Shown in pieces: positions 61,608 through 64,000 of a DNA stretch of 64,000 bases (within the stretch, counting starts at the first letter, position 1; every line of letters starts with the position of its first letter). The translations under genes and the position numbers were made by a program. The notes beneath the pieces were generated by a model, which was given only the letters and a program-made list of their open reading frames with translations, was not told the origin of the DNA and ran no database searches. Source of the stretch: an uncultured Algibacter sp. (GTDB taxonomy: Bacteria; Bacteroidota; Bacteroidia; Flavobacteriales; Flavobacteriaceae); NCBI GenBank assembly GCA_938003745.1, contig CALKXS010000084.1, forward strand, positions 6,746 through 70,745, given 5' to 3'.

Positions 61608-61991
61608 TTATTTTTTTAAATTACATTGATCTAATTTTACAATTTCCAATAAATCGTCGTATCCAATACAACGTCCTTTAATTATAATTTTAGTATTTAT
61701 TTTAATTTTTTTTGTTTCTAAATTTGTACTTAGGTTACAAAACACGGCGTTGTTAATTGTAATGTCTGTTTCTGTTATTTCAGTAACTGTTCCTGTAATT
61801 TCAATAGTTTTGTTTAAATATTTTCCTTCTGCTATACTAGAGTTGGTTTTGAATTCTTTTAATATATCGTTTGGTAATACAGAGAATTGAGCATACTCAT
61901 TGTAAATATCTCTGTGTTCTTGGTACAAGTAGTTATAACCCAAAAAAGCAAAAATTAGGACAATAACAATAAATGTGATTTTTTTTTTCAT
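61608..61991 (-). CDS. Membrane-anchored OB-fold protein (tRNA_anti-like)
   Basis: N-terminal TM helix; KYLNKTIEITGTV; IKGRCIG...LDQC. Confidence 0.75.
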   Translation of the reverse strand: MKKKITFIVIVLIFAFLGYNYLYQEHRDIYNEYAQFSVLPNDILKEFKTNSSIAEGKYLNKTIEITGTVTEITETDITINNAVFCNLSTNLETKKIKINTKIIIKGRCIGYDDLLEIVKLDQCNLKK

Positions 61992-62065
61992 TTCATTAGG
62001 TGTATGGACTTCGAATTTACAAAAAATAAAGGATAGTAAATGTGTATTTATATTTTTTGTGGATT

Positions 62066-62602
62066 CTAAATTTCAAGCTTAGCATTTTGAGACTTTACTA
62101 AATCTAAATGCTCTTCTATTTTAAATTCTGAGGAGTTAAAACGAGAAGAACGTTTTTTAACCTGCTCTTGTCTCGCAATACTTCTAGCAAAACGTCTAAC
62201 GCTTTGTTCTGTATCTAATATTAAACCTGGTACAGGAACATTTTTTCCGTTTTCGTCTTTGGCAACCATTGTAAAATAAGACGAATTACAATGTTTTATT
62301 TCACCTGTTTGAATCACTTCAGATTCTACACGTAAACCAATAACCATAGAGGTTCTACCAGTATAATTTACAGATGCTTTAAGTGTAACAAGTTCACCAA
62401 CTTCAATGGGATTCAAAAAATCCACCTTGTTTACAGATGCCGTTACACAATAGTTTCTTGAATGTTTTGAGGCGCATGCAAACGCTATTTGATCCATTAG
62501 ATTTAATATATGTCCACCATGAATTTTGCCACTAAAGTTAGAGTGAGAAGGTAACATTAATTCTGTAATTGAAATTTGCGATTCTTTTGCGTGCTTAAAC
62601 AT
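62066..62602 (-). CDS. Acyl-CoA thioesterase (hotdog fold, YciA-like)
   Basis: NFSGKIHGG...MD, VTASV, GRTSM, FTMVA. Confidence 0.92.
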   Translation of the reverse strand: MFKHAKESQISITELMLPSHSNFSGKIHGGHILNLMDQIAFACASKHSRNYCVTASVNKVDFLNPIEVGELVTLKASVNYTGRTSMVIGLRVESEVIQTGEIKHCNSSYFTMVAKDENGKNVPVPGLILDTEQSVRRFARSIARQEQVKKRSSRFNSSEFKIEEHLDLVKSQNAKLEI

Positions 62603-62802
62603 GTATTTCTATGCCTTTAATAGTGAATATTAGCGTTTAAATATCATTAAAAATAAAGATATATATCTTTAAAATTGAAATGATTTTAAATTTTTAGTAA
62701 GTTCTAAAATATTTTGCTAAAAAAAACGATTTTAATAATTATTGATTTTTCAATTGGTAATCCAATAATTTAAAATGACATAATAGTGAACTTTGTAAGA
62801 GT

Positions 62803-64000
62803 TTAATCTTCTTCCTGAGCACGTTTTATTATAGCTTCCGGAAGTGCTTTTTTAGCTTTAGCCCCCATTTTTTTTATTTTTTCAACGCTTGTAATTAAAT
62901 TACCTCTACCTTCAACTAGTTTATTCATAGCTGCAGAGTAATCTGTTTTAGCAGCATCAATTTTTTTACCAACTCCTGTTAAATCTACTACCAAACCATG
63001 AAATTTATCATAAAGTGCTCCAGCTTGTCTTGCAATTTCTATAGCATTTTGTTGTTGCTTTTCATTATTCCACATGCTATCTATAGTTCGTAGAGTAGCA
63101 AGTAGAGTAGAAGGTGTAACAATAACGATATTCTTTTCGAATGCTTTGTTATAAATAGAATTGTCTTCATTTACAACCACAGCGAATGCAGGTTCAATAG
63201 GGATAAAAAGCAATACAAAATCTGGAGATTCAATATCATACAAATCTTGATAATTTTTATCTGAAAGCTGATCTACATGTCTGCGTATAGAATTAACATG
63301 GGCTTTTAAATGTAATGCTTTATCATCTTCATCTGCATTTACTAAACGTTCATAATCGGTTAAAGACACTTTACTATCAATAATCATTTTTTTACCATCA
63401 GGCAAATTCAAAACAACATCTGGTAAAACACGAGATCCATCTTCAAGCGTGAAATTCTGTTGTACAAAATACTCTCTATCTTTCTCTAAACCAGATTTTT
63501 CTAAAACACGTTCTAAAACCAATTCCCCCCAATTACCTTGCATTTTACTGTCTCCTTTTAAAGCTCTAGTAAGATTTGTAGCCTCAGTCGTCATTTTCTG
63601 GTTTAAGTCTTTTAAGCCTAAAAGCTGCTCTTTTAAAGCTGAATGCATACTGATGCTTTCCTTTTGTGAATCTTCTACTTTTTTCTCAAAACCTTGAATT
63701 TTTTCTTGTAATGGACTTAATATGTTTTTTATGTTTTCCTTATTCTGTAACGTGAATTTTTCAGATTTTTCATCTAAAATTTTTGTTGCTAAAAGCTCAA
63801 AATCTTTACGAAGTTGTTCTTGGCGTTCTTCTAGTTCAGCATCACGTTTTGTACTTAGTTGTTGTAGGTTTTCGTATTCGGTATTTTTGCGAGCCAATTC
63901 AGAATTTAAGAACTCTTTTTCACGACGTATTTCTTCACGTTCATTTTCAATTTTAGAAATTGTTTCTCGTAATTGAGTTGTTTGAAGATTGAAATTGGTG
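62803..64000 (-). CDS. rmuC: DNA recombination protein RmuC, 5' end outside window
   Basis: QGNWGE, PDVVLNLP, IIDSK, PDFVLLFIPIE, TPSTLLATL; frame open to the window edge. Confidence 0.95.
   Translation of the reverse strand, partial: TNFNLQTTQLRETISKIENEREEIRREKEFLNSELARKNTEYENLQQLSTKRDAELEERQEQLRKDFELLATKILDEKSEKFTLQNKENIKNILSPLQEKIQGFEKKVEDSQKESISMHSALKEQLLGLKDLNQKMTTEATNLTRALKGDSKMQGNWGELVLERVLEKSGLEKDREYFVQQNFTLEDGSRVLPDVVLNLPDGKKMIIDSKVSLTDYERLVNADEDDKALHLKAHVNSIRRHVDQLSDKNYQDLYDIESPDFVLLFIPIEPAFAVVVNEDNSIYNKAFEKNIVIVTPSTLLATLRTIDSMWNNEKQQQNAIEIARQAGALYDKFHGLVVDLTGVGKKIDAAKTDYSAAMNKLVEGRGNLITSVEKIKKMGAKAKKALPEAIIKRAQEED

Noticed and set aside
1035-63976. Many short ORF-track entries antisense to or nested in real genes (for example 3429-3716, 14641-14976, 40419-40736, 63449-63697)
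   Set aside because: Shadow ORFs of well-supported genes, with no motifs of their own.
1-64000. CRISPR arrays, tRNA, rRNA, prophage or integrase
   Set aside because: No regularly spaced repeats, cloverleaf-like segments or phage and recombinase genes were seen by eye.

Overview
AT-rich bacterial chromosomal window, most likely from a Flavobacteriaceae (Bacteroidota) genome. This rests on a T9SS C-terminal sorting domain, TAnnTTTG promoters, a ~950-aa CarB and Flavo-1-like intergenic elements. Positions 1-34.6 kb are mostly housekeeping genes (acyl-CoA ligase, purL, RsmB-family methylase, ECF sigma operon, ABC exporter, phosphomutase, L31B, mtaB, L34, carB). They are interrupted by a decayed zone at 6.7-13.4 kb holding at least four pseudogenes, an IS256 remnant and a full-length but dead IS982 with a 7-bp target duplication. 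From 34.65 to 59.74 kb lies a ~25-kb accessory cluster with no scaffold synthase that I can recognise. It encodes a NodU/SxtI-type O-carbamoyltransferase, an SxtJ-like membrane protein, a 52-aa membrane microprotein ending in FVYTLF that the ORF track missed, five membrane-anchored SGNH proteins, three cobalamin-binding radical SAM enzymes each followed by a class I methyltransferase, two more methyltransferases, a nucleotidyltransferase, an amidohydrolase, and a GT2/GT-C/deacetylase/GNAT/GT4/flippase set. The leading hypothesis, which is inference and untested, is a cell-envelope glycan tailoring system in which a DltX-like tyrosine shuttle peptide relays a carbamoyl group to SGNH transferases without an MBOAT. 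The window ends with an OB-fold/DUF5777/cytochrome c lipoprotein/YceI operon, an acyl-CoA thioesterase and a partial rmuC. No rRNA, tRNA or CRISPR array was seen. Family assignments are from motif recognition only; no searches were run.
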